From: Dehalococcoidia bacterium
GTDB lineage: Bacteria > Chloroflexota > Dehalococcoidia > CAUJGQ01
Assembly (NCBI GenBank): GCA_050184225.1
Contig: JBFXAN010000006.1
Span: forward strand, 1,640-65,639
DNA length: 64,000 bases
Direction: 5' to 3'
In this document: positions 52,443-61,836 of the stretch, piece by piece
How the letters are laid out: every line of letters starts with the position of its first letter
Numbering within the stretch: position 1 is the first letter of the stretch
Translations under genes and position numbers: made by a program
The notes under the pieces: model-generated
The model's database searches: none
Told to the model about the DNA's origin: nothing
Seen by the model: the letters and a program-made list of their open reading frames with translations, nothing else

Positions 52443-54740
52443 CTAGATCAGGGTCACGGGATCGACATCGACAATCCAGCCTCGCCGCAGGCTGATGGCG
52501 GTGAGCAGCGTGGACGGGTCATGGCCGCGGAGCACGATCTGCCAGCGCCAGCGCCCCTTCACCCGCGCGTGGAAGGCCGGCGCCGATCCGAGGATGTCCA
52601 GGTTGGCCAGCCCATGGACGCGCTGCACCTCGCGCAACTCTTCCCCGAGGCGGCGCGCCTCCTCCTCCGCGTAAGCCGCGCTCGTGTGCGCGAAGAGCAG
52701 CCGCGCCAGCCGGCCGAACGGCGGATACCCCGCCTCGCGCCGGACGCAGATCTCCGCCTCGTACATCGCCTCGTAGTCGTGCGCCGCCGTTGCCCGAATC
52801 GCGTAGTGCTCCGGCGTGTACGTCTGGATGATCACACGCCCCGGCTTCTCCCCGCGTCCGGTCCGCCCCGCGACCTGGGTGAGCAACTGGTACGCCCGCT
52901 CGCCGCTGCGATAGTCGGGCATGTGCAGCGCGATGTCGGCGCTGACCACCCCGACCAGCGTCACGTTCGGCAGGTCGTGGCCTTTGGCCAGCATCTGCGT
53001 CCCGACGACCACATCCGCCTCGCCCCCGGCCAGCGCCGCATAGATGGCGGCATGCTCCTCCGCACTCCGCACCGCATCCCGGTCCCAGCGCAACACCCGC
53101 GCCTCCGGGAACCGCGACCGCACATCCGCCTCCACCCGCTGCGTCCCGAGCCCGAAGAGTCGCAGCCGCGTGCCACCGCACACGGGACAGTTCCCCGGCA
53201 TCCGCCGCTGGCGGTTGCACTGATGACACCGCAAACGCTCGCCGGCCCCATGCACGGTAAACGGCACGTTGCAGCCGGAGCACTGCGGCACATATCCGCA
53301 GTCCCGACAGAGGACAAAGCTCGCCGTCCCCCGCCGGTTCAGCAACAGCAGCGCCTGCTCACCACGCGCCAGCGTCTCCGCCAGCGCCGCATCGAGCGCT
53401 CGGCTGAAGATCCCCCGATTGCCTTCCCGCAGCTCGCGCGCGAGATCGACGATCTCGATGTCGGGGAGCGAACCGGAACGACCCTCACCCCCCGGCCCCC
53501 GCTCCCAATGCTGGGAGAGGGGGCGATTCTCCGTGGCGGCGGTTGAGTTAGGCTCCCCTCTCCCAGCATTGGGAGCGGGGGCGGGGGTGAGGGCCGCCCC
53601 CACCCGCTCCCGCATCTCCAACATCTGATAGTGCCCCGCCTTCGCCCGCGCATACGACACAACATCCGGCGTCGCGCTGCCCAGCACGACACCGGCGCCC
53701 GTCAACTGGGCGAGCCGAATCGCCACGTCGCGGGCGTGATAGCGCGGTTCGCTGTCGTGGTGCTTGTAGGTCCACTCGTGCTCTTCGTCGATCACGATCA
53801 GGCCGAGGTTCGGTTGCGGCGCGAACAGGGCGCTGCGGGCGCCGACGACGACGGGATAGCGGCCGGCGCGGATCGCGTGCCAGGTGCGCTCTCGTTCCCC
53901 GCCGGTGATGCCGCTGTGGATCACGGCGACACCGCCCGGAAAGCGCCGCCGGAACCGATCGACGATCTGCGGCGTCAGCGCGATCTCCGGCACGAGCACA
54001 ATGCCCCGCCGCCCGGCGGCCACCGTTCGCTCCAGCGCGGAAAGATAAACCTCGGTCTTACCGCTGCCGGTCACGCCATGCAGCAGGAAGACGGGCGGAC
54101 GGGAACCATCCGGCGGTGTCTTGACCTCGCCGGTGTCGATCGCCGCAACGGCCTCCCGCTGCGCTTCGGTGAGTCGCGGCGGTACGACCGGCCGGCTGGT
54201 GACCGGCGGCGTCTCGATCCGTGGCACGGCGAACGCCAGCCGCTCGCTGACAAGTCCCGCCCGCCGTAGATCAGCCAGCAGCGCGCCCGTGTCGGCCCGA
54301 AATGACCGGCGCAACCGGACGACATCGACCTCACCCATCTCACGGACGAGGCTCAGCATCTTCGCCTCGCGTTCTTCGAGTCCGTCAGGCGCTTCCACGT
54401 TGGTCGGAGACACCAGCACACGGAGACGCTTGTCAAATCCGGGCGGCAGCATCAAGGAGACACACGGGTAGAGGGGCGCCAGGTAGCGACGGCTCAACCA
54501 GTGGGCAAGCGCGATCTGGTGCTCGGACAGCAGCACCTCGGCCGCCGCGAGCAGGTGGCGGGTTTCACCGGTATACGTGGGCTGATCGCCAACCTCGAGG
54601 ACAACGCCCGCGAGCGTGTGCCGTCCGAACGGCACGAGTACGCCGCTGCCCGGCAATACCTGCATACCGGAAGGAACCGCATAGCTGAACGCCTGGCGGT
54701 AGGGGATCTCCGTATGAACCGCCACCTCGGCGTAGGCCAC
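52443..54740 (-). CDS. priA: Primosomal protein N' (replication restart helicase PriA), with an in-frame repeat-derived insertion
   Basis: LLHGVTGSGKTEVYL (Walker A), IVIDEEHE (DEAH-like), and the Cys-rich zinc region CRDCGYVPQCSGCNVPFTVH..LRCHQCN..CPVCGG. Confidence 0.95.
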   Translation of the reverse strand: MAYAEVAVHTEIPYRQAFSYAVPSGMQVLPGSGVLVPFGRHTLAGVVLEVGDQPTYTGETRHLLAAAEVLLSEHQIALAHWLSRRYLAPLYPCVSLMLPPGFDKRLRVLVSPTNVEAPDGLEEREAKMLSLVREMGEVDVVRLRRSFRADTGALLADLRRAGLVSERLAFAVPRIETPPVTSRPVVPPRLTEAQREAVAAIDTGEVKTPPDGSRPPVFLLHGVTGSGKTEVYLSALERTVAAGRRGIVLVPEIALTPQIVDRFRRRFPGGVAVIHSGITGGERERTWHAIRAGRYPVVVGARSALFAPQPNLGLIVIDEEHEWTYKHHDSEPRYHARDVAIRLAQLTGAGVVLGSATPDVVSYARAKAGHYQMLEMRERVGAALTPAPAPNAGRGEPNSTAATENRPLSQHWERGPGGEGRSGSLPDIEIVDLARELREGNRGIFSRALDAALAETLARGEQALLLLNRRGTASFVLCRDCGYVPQCSGCNVPFTVHGAGERLRCHQCNRQRRMPGNCPVCGGTRLRLFGLGTQRVEADVRSRFPEARVLRWDRDAVRSAEEHAAIYAALAGGEADVVVGTQMLAKGHDLPNVTLVGVVSADIALHMPDYRSGERAYQLLTQVAGRTGRGEKPGRVIIQTYTPEHYAIRATAAHDYEAMYEAEICVRREAGYPPFGRLARLLFAHTSAAYAEEEARRLGEELREVQRVHGLANLDILGSAPAFHARVKGRWRWQIVLRGHDPSTLLTAISLRRGWIVDVDPVTLI
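53481..53594. repeat. Family C palindromic element copy 2, inside the priA ORF
   Basis: ACCCTCACCCCCCGGCCCCCGCTCCCAATGCTGGGAGAGGGGG ... GGCTCCCCTCTCCCAGCATTGGGAGCGGGGGCGGGGGTGAGGGC. On the coding strand it is read as ..PAPAPNAGRGEPNSTAATENRPLSQHWERGPGGEGRSGS.. Confidence 0.8.
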
Positions 54741-54812
54741 CGGTACACCTCGCTCAAAGGAGCGTACCGGTGATCAATTACCCGGCGACAGGGGATTCTG
54801 GCACCCCGCCCG

Positions 54813-55169
54813 CTACTTACCCCGGCGGGTCGTGGTGCGTTCCTTGATCCGGGCGGCCTTGCCCGTGCGGCCGCGCAGGTAAAACAGCTTCGCCCGCCGA
54901 ACCTTGCCCTGGCGGATCAGATCCACCTTCTCGACGCGCGGCGAATGGAGCAGGAAAGTCCGCTCGACGCCGATGCCGTGAGCGATCCGGCGGACGGTGA
55001 AGTTCGAGCTGGCGCCGGCGTTGCGCCGCTTGATCACGACACCCTCAAACGCCTGGAGGCGCTCCTTATCTCCCTCGACGACCTTGGCGCTGACGCGCAC
55101 GGTGTCGCCGACGTTGAAATCCGCCACCGCCGGGTTCACCGACGCCTCGACGACGCTGTTCAGGTTCAT
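54813..55169 (-). CDS. rplS: 50S ribosomal protein L19
   Basis: [65 protein letters not shown]. Confidence 0.95.
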   Translation of the reverse strand: MNLNSVVEASVNPAVADFNVGDTVRVSAKVVEGDKERLQAFEGVVIKRRNAGASSNFTVRRIAHGIGVERTFLLHSPRVEKVDLIRQGKVRRAKLFYLRGRTGKAARIKERTTTRRGK

Positions 55170-55234
55170 GATCCGTACTCCGTTCGCAGCAAACAACGAG
55201 CCACGAGTGGACGCTCTCGCCACTCGCCGGCTCG

Positions 55235-55972
55235 CTATTCACTATTCGCTTTCTGATCTTCCAGCCAGGCGCGCTCGGCGTCGGTGATCTCCGCATGTGG
55301 GAGCAGGTCCGGACGGCGGCGCGCGGTCCGCAGCAGCCGCTGTTGCCGTCTCCAGCGCGCGATCTCGGCGTGATGGCCGCTCAATAGGATATCAGGCACA
55401 CGCCGGCCGCGAAAGTCGGCCGGCCGCGTGTACTGCGGATACTCCAACAAGCCGGCGCCGTGCGACTCCTCCACCAGCGATTCGCCTGAACCAACCACCC
55501 CGGGCACCAGCCGCGCGACCGCGTCCAGCACCACCCACGCCGCCGGCTCGCCGCCGGAGAGAATGTAGTCGCCGATCGACACCTCGTGCGTGATCGCCGC
55601 CTCGACCACGCGCTCGTCCACCCCCTCATAATGTCCGCAGACCAGGGTCAGCCGCTCCTCCGTCGCGAAGTCACGCACCAGCGCCTGCGTCAGCACCCGC
55701 CCCTGCGGCGTCAGCAGCACCACCGGACCCCGCCGCCGGTCCAACGCCGTCACCGCCTCGACCGCGCTGACGAGCGGTTCCGGCTTCATCACCATCCCCG
55801 GCCCACCGCCAAACGGATAGTCGTCGCAAACCCGGTGCCGGCCCTCGGCCCAGTCGCGGATGTTGTGCACCGCGATCGCGAGCACGCCGGCTTCCCGCGC
55901 GCGTTTGATGATGCTCTGGTCGAGCGGACCCGCGAACATGTCGGGAAAGAGCGTCAGAATGTCGAGTCGCAT
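55235..55972 (-). CDS. trmD: tRNA (guanine37-N1)-methyltransferase
   Basis: [54 protein letters not shown]. Confidence 0.95.
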   Translation of the reverse strand: MRLDILTLFPDMFAGPLDQSIIKRAREAGVLAIAVHNIRDWAEGRHRVCDDYPFGGGPGMVMKPEPLVSAVEAVTALDRRRGPVVLLTPQGRVLTQALVRDFATEERLTLVCGHYEGVDERVVEAAITHEVSIGDYILSGGEPAAWVVLDAVARLVPGVVGSGESLVEESHGAGLLEYPQYTRPADFRGRRVPDILLSGHHAEIARWRRQQRLLRTARRRPDLLPHAEITDAERAWLEDQKANSE

Positions 55973-56041
55973 TGCCTACCGACGATGAGGACGTATGGGA
56001 GTCACCACGCTCTCAGCGCGTGCTCAGAATCTCAACACCGC

Positions 56042-56128
56042 CCACCGCTGTCATCCTGAGCGGAGCGAAGGATCTCGGACGCAAGTAACCTCCGAGATCC
56101 TTCACTGCGTTCAGGATGACAGCGGTGG
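56042..56128. repeat. Family D palindrome, copy 3
   Basis: CCACCGCTGTCATCCTGAGCGGAGCGAAGGATCTCGGA-loop-TCCGAGATCCTTCACTGCGTTCAGGATGACAGCGGTGG. Confidence 0.85.
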
Positions 56129-56154
56129 TGGCTCATAAACCTCGGATCACGCTC

Positions 56155-56673
56155 TCAGATTGCCGTGGGAGAACTCGTCGCCGCACCGTCGGCAGTATGG
56201 TCGCCCGCCACGCCGCGCAAGGTCTCGACCGCGTGCGGCAACAGCGGCAGCAGCACCGCGAGGTTCTCACGAACCCCCTTCTCGCTGCCGGGGAGGTTGA
56301 CGATCAGCGTGCGGCCGCGCATTCCCACCACCGCCCGGCTCAGCGCCGCCATCGGCGTGTGGCGCAGCCCCTCCGCCCGCATCAACTCGGCGAGGCCGGG
56401 CGCCAGCCGGTCGACCACCCGCAGCGTCGCCTCCGGCGTGACATCACGCGGCGCCAGCCCGGTGCCGCCGGTGGTCACGATCAGGTCGAGCGCGCCGCTA
56501 TCGGACCACGCCGACAGCGTCGCTGCGATAGACTCGAGATCGTCGGGCAGGATCTCGGCCCGGCGGATCGACGCCCCCAGCGGTGCGAGCAGTTCCCCAA
56601 TGGCGGCCCCGCTCGTATCCTGTCTTTCACCACGAGCGCCTTTGTCGCTCAGTGTAAGTATTCCAACGTTCAT
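56155..56673 (-). CDS. mog: MogA/MoaB-family molybdopterin adenylyltransferase
   Basis: GILTLSDKGARGERQDTSG and LIVTTGGTGLAPRDVTPEAT. Confidence 0.85.
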   Translation of the reverse strand: MNVGILTLSDKGARGERQDTSGAAIGELLAPLGASIRRAEILPDDLESIAATLSAWSDSGALDLIVTTGGTGLAPRDVTPEATLRVVDRLAPGLAELMRAEGLRHTPMAALSRAVVGMRGRTLIVNLPGSEKGVRENLAVLLPLLPHAVETLRGVAGDHTADGAATSSPTAI

Positions 56674-57049
56674 AACCGATTCCGTACTACGCTATGTCGC
56701 ACAAATCCCGCTGGTCGATGCTGCGAGTTGCTCGCGGACGGCGCGTTATTTACGTAACGCATGATCTTCCCCGTCCCGCCGATGCTAAGATGCCCTTGCC
56801 TGGAAGGAATCTTCCCCGACGGACGGCCCCGATCTCGGGTGAACACGGCGCCGATGCCCCCTGGCAATCGCTCAGCCGACGCCATCATAGCATGGTGGTT
56901 CAGCTGGCCGTGGTTCGGCGCATCTCTCGCGTTCGCTCGACATCGACCACCGCGTCACTCGAACGCGACGAGCCTTCGATGAAGACGACGGTTTCGTTCT
57001 GTCGGTGTGATTCTCAGAGGAGGCCGGCGCGTCTGCGACGGCAAGCACC

Positions 57050-58084
57050 TTGACATCACGACACCGAAGCGCAAGAAGGCGCTGGCGGCGCGCTGTACCC
57101 GCGACCGCACCCTCGGAACCCGCGCCCGGCGACACGTCCGGCCATGTGCCGGTGCTGCTCGCGGAGGTTCTCGACCGGATCGCGGTCCGTCCCGGCGGGT
57201 GGTACGTCGATGGGACGCTCGGCCTCGGCGGACATGCCGAGGCGATCCTCGCGGCGTCGGCCCCGGATGGCCGCCTCCTCGGCATCGAGCAGGATCCCGA
57301 GGCCCGTCGCCGGGCGAGCGATCGCCTCGCTGCCGCCGGCCACCGGGTTCTGATCGTGGCCGGCAACAACCGCGACCTGGCGGCGTATTGTCGCGACGCG
57401 GCCTTCATGCCCGTTGACGGCGTGCTCCTCGACCTCGGCATCTCCAGCCTGCAGCTCGGGCCGTCTGGGCGAGGGTTCAGCTTCCAGCACGACGCGCCGC
57501 TGGACATGCGGATGGACCCATCGGCGGAACTCACCGCCGCCGCGATCGTCAACGAGTGGCCGGAGGAGCAGATCGCCGGTGTGCTGTGGCAGTTCGGCGA
57601 CGAACGCCGCAGCCGGCGCGTTGCCGCCGCAATCGTCCGCAACCGGCCGCTGCGGACGACCACCGCGCTGGCGGCGGTCGTCGCGCGGGCAGTGGGCGCC
57701 GCCGGTCCGATCCACCCGGCAACGCGAACCTTTCAGGCGCTTCGGATCGCGGTCAATGACGAGTTCGGCGCGCTCCGCGAGGCGTTGAACGGCGCAATGG
57801 AGGTGATACGCAACCCGGGAGGCCGGCTGGCCGTGATCAGCTTCCACTCCGGCGAGGACCGGATTGTGAAAGACTTCATCCGGCGCGAAAGCCGCGATTG
57901 CGTCTGTCCTCCCGGACTGCCAGTGTGTACCTGCGGCCATGTCGCACGCCTCAAGGACCTCACCCGGCGGGGGATCACCCCTTCTCCCGTCGAGGTCGCC
58001 GCCAATCCCCGCAGCCGCAGCGCCAGGTTGCGGGTCGCGGAACGGATCGAGGGGACGGAAACGGATACAAAGCAGAGGATGTAG
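57050..58084 (+). CDS. rsmH: 16S rRNA (cytosine1402-N4)-methyltransferase
   Basis: HVPVLLAEVL..YVDGTLGLGGHAEAIL, LDLGISSLQL, FQHDAPLDMRMD, ISFHSGEDRIVK. The TTG start at 57050 is the only start in frame. Confidence 0.9.
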   Translation: MTSRHRSARRRWRRAVPATAPSEPAPGDTSGHVPVLLAEVLDRIAVRPGGWYVDGTLGLGGHAEAILAASAPDGRLLGIEQDPEARRRASDRLAAAGHRVLIVAGNNRDLAAYCRDAAFMPVDGVLLDLGISSLQLGPSGRGFSFQHDAPLDMRMDPSAELTAAAIVNEWPEEQIAGVLWQFGDERRSRRVAAAIVRNRPLRTTTALAAVVARAVGAAGPIHPATRTFQALRIAVNDEFGALREALNGAMEVIRNPGGRLAVISFHSGEDRIVKDFIRRESRDCVCPPGLPVCTCGHVARLKDLTRRGITPSPVEVAANPRSRSARLRVAERIEGTETDTKQRM

Positions 58085-58091
58085 AGCATCG

Positions 58092-58523
58092 ATGGCGGTA
58101 CTCGGCCGAACCCCCCACCCCGTCAGTCGCGCGAGAGGCCGCCGCCTTGGCATTCCTGCCGTGACCATTCTGGCAGCCGGGTTTGTCGCGGCGGCGGCCC
58201 TGCTGCCGGTGGCGCAATCTTCCGACGCGACCTCGACCGGCAGCGACATCCGCCGCCTCGAAGGGCAGAAGGCAGACCTCCAGGCCCGCATTCACCTCGC
58301 CCAAACGGAGATCGCGGAACAAGCCGCCATCGAACGTGTGGAGCAGCGCGCCCGCGAACTCGGGCTCGTCCCCGCGGAACGGATCATGTACGTCCGTGTC
58401 TCCGAGCCGCCGCCTGCTGCTGGGATGCCGTCGCGATACCTGAACGAGGAGGAACCGGTGACGCCCGCCACTGAGGGCCAGCCGTGGTGGAAGGCGCTGC
58501 TGAGCAAACTGCCGAGCCCATAG
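58092..58523 (+). CDS. ftsL: FtsL-like cell-division protein
   Basis: A short cytoplasmic tail, a TM segment (VTILAAGFVAAAALLPV), then a coiled coil (IRRLEGQKADLQARIHLAQTEIAEQ). Its position is between rsmH and ftsI. Confidence 0.65.
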   Translation: MAVLGRTPHPVSRARGRRLGIPAVTILAAGFVAAAALLPVAQSSDATSTGSDIRRLEGQKADLQARIHLAQTEIAEQAAIERVEQRARELGLVPAERIMYVRVSEPPPAAGMPSRYLNEEEPVTPATEGQPWWKALLSKLPSP

Positions 58524-58608
58524 GCGGTTTCGGGGCCGCGCGCCAGGTCATGGTCCTCATCGAGCAGAGCGCCCGATCTCGGGCCGATCCGCTCCGGAGA
58601 CGAACCGC

Positions 58609-60399
58609 GTGAACCGTTCACCGTCACCCCAAACGTCATGGCGACTCCTCACCGTCGCGCTCGTGCTCGCCATCAGCACGGCCGGGATCATCGGCCGCCT
58701 CGCCTACCTCCAGATCATTCAGCACGATCAATACATAACCGAAGCGCAAATGTTCCACGGCGGCGACCGGGAGATCACCTCACATCGCGGCTCGATCCTC
58801 GACCGCCTCGGCAATCCGCTGGCGATCAGCGTCGAAACCTTCAATGTCCTGGCGGACCGCAAGGTATGGTCGGAATCGAACGCTGGTCAACGCTCGTCGG
58901 AGAAACTCGCGCCCTTGCTCAATCGATCAGCGCAGGACATTCTCACCGCGACCGGCGACGCCGAGAGCGGCCCGGCGCTGATCGCGCTGGGAGTGCCCTA
59001 CGAACAGGGACGCGCGATCATCGCGGCGGGGATCCCCGGCGTGATCGTCGAGCCGAGCAGCCACCGGATCAATCCCGAGGGGAATCTCGCCGCGCCCCTG
59101 CTCGGGTTCACAGGCCGCGAGGGCAGCGGCCTCAGTGGCCTTGAGCTCGACCTCGACGACTTACTCACCGGCGAGCCTGGCCGCCTGATCTACGAGCGTG
59201 ACAGCGTCGGCAATCCGATCCCGTTCGGCTACCGGCAGGAGCTCGCCCCGGAACCCGGTGGTGATGTGCTGTTGACGATCGACCGCACGATCCAGCGCAT
59301 GGCCGAACGCGAGCTTGACGACGCGATTGCCCGGACGGGGGCGACCGGCGGCACCGTCATCGTCCAGGAACCGCGGACCGGTGCCATCCTGGCAATGGTC
59401 AGCCGCCCCGCCTTCGACTTGGCGCGGCTCGATCTGAGCGACGCCTCGAAGATGGAGTTCTATCGCAACCGGGCCGTCACCGATCTCTACGAGCCGGGAT
59501 CGGTCTTCAAGCTGATGACGATGGCCGCCGCGCTCGACACGGGGAAGGTCAATCCCAACACGACCTATGTCGATACCGGACAGGCGGTCGTCGGCGAACG
59601 GATCTTCGCCAATTGGGACTTTTCCGCCAACGGCACCACGACGATGACCAACGTCCTCGTCCGCTCGCTGAACACAGGCACGGTCTGGCTTGCCGACAAG
59701 ATCCTAGGCTCTGAGATCTTCTACAACTACGTCCGGCGATTCGGCTTCGGCGAGTCGACCGGCAGCGGCCTCTCCGGTGAGGCCGACGGTTTCTACCGGC
59801 TGCCGACGCAGGAGGAATGGACGCGGTCCGATCTCGCCTCCAATAGCTTCGGACAGGGTATCAGCGTCACACCGCTGCAGATCGTGAATCTGGTCAGCGC
59901 GCTCGCGAACGGCGGCTCGCTGATGCGGCCGTACTTCGTCAGCGAGGTCCGCCAGGGCGATGCCGTCACCGTCACCCAACCCGAGACGATCCGTCAGGCG
60001 ATCAGCGCCCAGACCGCCGCCACGATGCGCGCGATGATGAAGGAGGTCCTTGAGGCGAACCTCTCCGCCCGCGTTCCGGGTTACTCCGCTGGTGGTAAAT
60101 CGGGGACAGCCTACGTACCAATCGGCGCGGCCGACTACCGCGGGAACGCCTACAAGGATGAAGTGACCATCCCTTCCTACGTCGGCTTCGCCCCGCTTGA
60201 GGATCCCCGTGTGACCATCCTGGTGAAACTCGATAACCTGGGGAGTGCGGACTTCGGCGGTACGTTGACCGCTCCGGTCTTCAGCCGTCTCGCCCAAAGT
60301 ATCCTCACCTATCTGCGGGTTCCACCGGATCGGCCCGAAACCGTCACCCGCAGAACGCCCACCCCGACGCCATCGCCAAGCCCGACGCCCACACGTTGA
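58609..60399 (+). CDS. ftsI: Class B penicillin-binding protein / peptidoglycan D,D-transpeptidase
   Basis: PGSVFK (SxxK), SLN (SxN) and KSGT motifs. N-terminal TM, P/T/S-rich C-tail, GTG start. Confidence 0.9.
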   Translation: MNRSPSPQTSWRLLTVALVLAISTAGIIGRLAYLQIIQHDQYITEAQMFHGGDREITSHRGSILDRLGNPLAISVETFNVLADRKVWSESNAGQRSSEKLAPLLNRSAQDILTATGDAESGPALIALGVPYEQGRAIIAAGIPGVIVEPSSHRINPEGNLAAPLLGFTGREGSGLSGLELDLDDLLTGEPGRLIYERDSVGNPIPFGYRQELAPEPGGDVLLTIDRTIQRMAERELDDAIARTGATGGTVIVQEPRTGAILAMVSRPAFDLARLDLSDASKMEFYRNRAVTDLYEPGSVFKLMTMAAALDTGKVNPNTTYVDTGQAVVGERIFANWDFSANGTTTMTNVLVRSLNTGTVWLADKILGSEIFYNYVRRFGFGESTGSGLSGEADGFYRLPTQEEWTRSDLASNSFGQGISVTPLQIVNLVSALANGGSLMRPYFVSEVRQGDAVTVTQPETIRQAISAQTAATMRAMMKEVLEANLSARVPGYSAGGKSGTAYVPIGAADYRGNAYKDEVTIPSYVGFAPLEDPRVTILVKLDNLGSADFGGTLTAPVFSRLAQSILTYLRVPPDRPETVTRRTPTPTPSPSPTPTR

Positions 60400-60403
60400 G
60401 AGA

Positions 60404-61786
60404 ATGATGCTGACCGATTCTGATCTTCGCGCCGGACTGGGAGATGCCCTGCACACGACCGTTGGTCCGGGGGTGCCCGTGATCGAGCGCGCCGTTGCTG
60501 ACTCCCGCCTCTGCCGTCCCGGCGACCTCTTCGTCGCGCTCCCAGGCGAGACGCTGGACGGCAACGATTATGTCAATGATGCGTTCGCCGCCGGCGCGGC
60601 CGCCGCGTTGGTGGCGCGGGTTCCAGCCTCGGTTCCGGCCGGCTGCACCGTCTATCAGGCGCCGGAAACCCTGGCCGCGTTGCAGCGGCTGGCGGCCTCG
60701 TGGCGGCGGCGGTTCAACCCCCATGTCGTCGCCATCACCGGCACCGTCGGCAAGACCAGCACCAAGGAGATTACCGCCCACGTGCTCGGTCTCCACAGCA
60801 ACGTGCTCAAGACCGAGGCCAGCCTCAACGGCGACATCGGCCTTCCCTTGATGCTCCTCCGCCTACGGCCTGAACACGAGATTGCCGTGCTCGAGCTCGG
60901 TCTCTTCTATGCCGGCGAGATCACGCTTCAATGCGACCTCGCCCAGCCGGCCTCCGGCATCGTCACGAACGTCGGTTACACCCACGCCGAGCGCCTTGGC
61001 TCGATCGACGCGATCGCCACCGCCAAGCGCGAGCTGGTGGAATGGATGCCCGCGAATGCGACCGTGACGCTCAACGCCGACGACCCCCGTGTGGCGGCGA
61101 TGGCCAGTGTCGCGCGGTGCCGCGTTGTCCGCTATGGCCTCGGCCAGGATTGCGATGTACGTGCTGGCGAGATCGAGGATTTCGGACTGGCAGGCTTTTC
61201 GTTCCGTCTCATCGCACAGGGCCGGTCGGTTATCGTGCGGACGCCCTTGATCGGGCGGCATAATGTCCACAACTGCCTGGCCGCCGCCGCCGTCGCGCTC
61301 GCCCAGGGCATGAGCCTGACCGATATCGCCGGCGCGCTCACCACCGCGTCGAACCCGCTCCGGCTCAAGCGACTCCCAGGACCAGCCGGCAGCACGCTGA
61401 TCGACGATACCTACAACGCGAACCCCGCGTCGATGAACGCCGCGCTCGACCTGCTCGAAGTCGCGACCAGTGGCAGGGGCCGCCGGATCGCGGTGTTGGG
61501 TGACATGCTCGAGTTGGGCAACGAGGAGGAGCGGTTACATCGCGAGCTTGGTCAACGCGCGGCCGCCGCCGCCGACCTCGTCATCCTGACCGGACCGCGG
61601 TCCCGCTGGACCGCCGAAGCGGCCGCCCACCAGGGTGGGGCACGGGTGTGTTACGTCGAAGAACCACAGCGGTTGGCCGGGGCGGTGCGCTCCGTCGTCA
61701 CCTCGGGTGATGTCGTTCTCCTGAAGGCATCGCGGGGCATGATGTTCGAGCGGGTGGTCGATGCGCTCTGCAGTGGGGATCAATAG
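60404..61786 (+). CDS. murF: UDP-N-acetylmuramoyl-tripeptide--D-alanyl-D-alanine ligase
   Basis: SRLCRPGDLFVALPGETLDGNDYVNDAFAAGAAAALV, ITGTVGKTSTKE, DDTYNANPASM. Confidence 0.9.
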   Translation: MMLTDSDLRAGLGDALHTTVGPGVPVIERAVADSRLCRPGDLFVALPGETLDGNDYVNDAFAAGAAAALVARVPASVPAGCTVYQAPETLAALQRLAASWRRRFNPHVVAITGTVGKTSTKEITAHVLGLHSNVLKTEASLNGDIGLPLMLLRLRPEHEIAVLELGLFYAGEITLQCDLAQPASGIVTNVGYTHAERLGSIDAIATAKRELVEWMPANATVTLNADDPRVAAMASVARCRVVRYGLGQDCDVRAGEIEDFGLAGFSFRLIAQGRSVIVRTPLIGRHNVHNCLAAAAVALAQGMSLTDIAGALTTASNPLRLKRLPGPAGSTLIDDTYNANPASMNAALDLLEVATSGRGRRIAVLGDMLELGNEEERLHRELGQRAAAAADLVILTGPRSRWTAEAAAHQGGARVCYVEEPQRLAGAVRSVVTSGDVVLLKASRGMMFERVVDALCSGDQ

Positions 61787-61836
61787 CAGCATGAGGACAT
61801 CCCGCCGCTGGCCGGGATGCGGATTGGATATTTTCG

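Noticed and set aside
56674-56900. A Moco riboswitch or other leader upstream of mog (minus strand), and the AT-rich palindrome GCGTTA-N6-TAACGC at 56743..56760.
   Set aside because: I could not recognise the conserved Moco-motif core by eye. The palindrome is short (6-nt arms) and unique in the window. This needs cmsearch (Rfam Moco RNA motif) before any claim.
56700-57050. An mraZ gene upstream of rsmH.
   Set aside because: No frame gives an MraZ-like sequence with duplicated DxxxR / SpoVT-AbrB halves. The ORFs present are short and arginine-rich.
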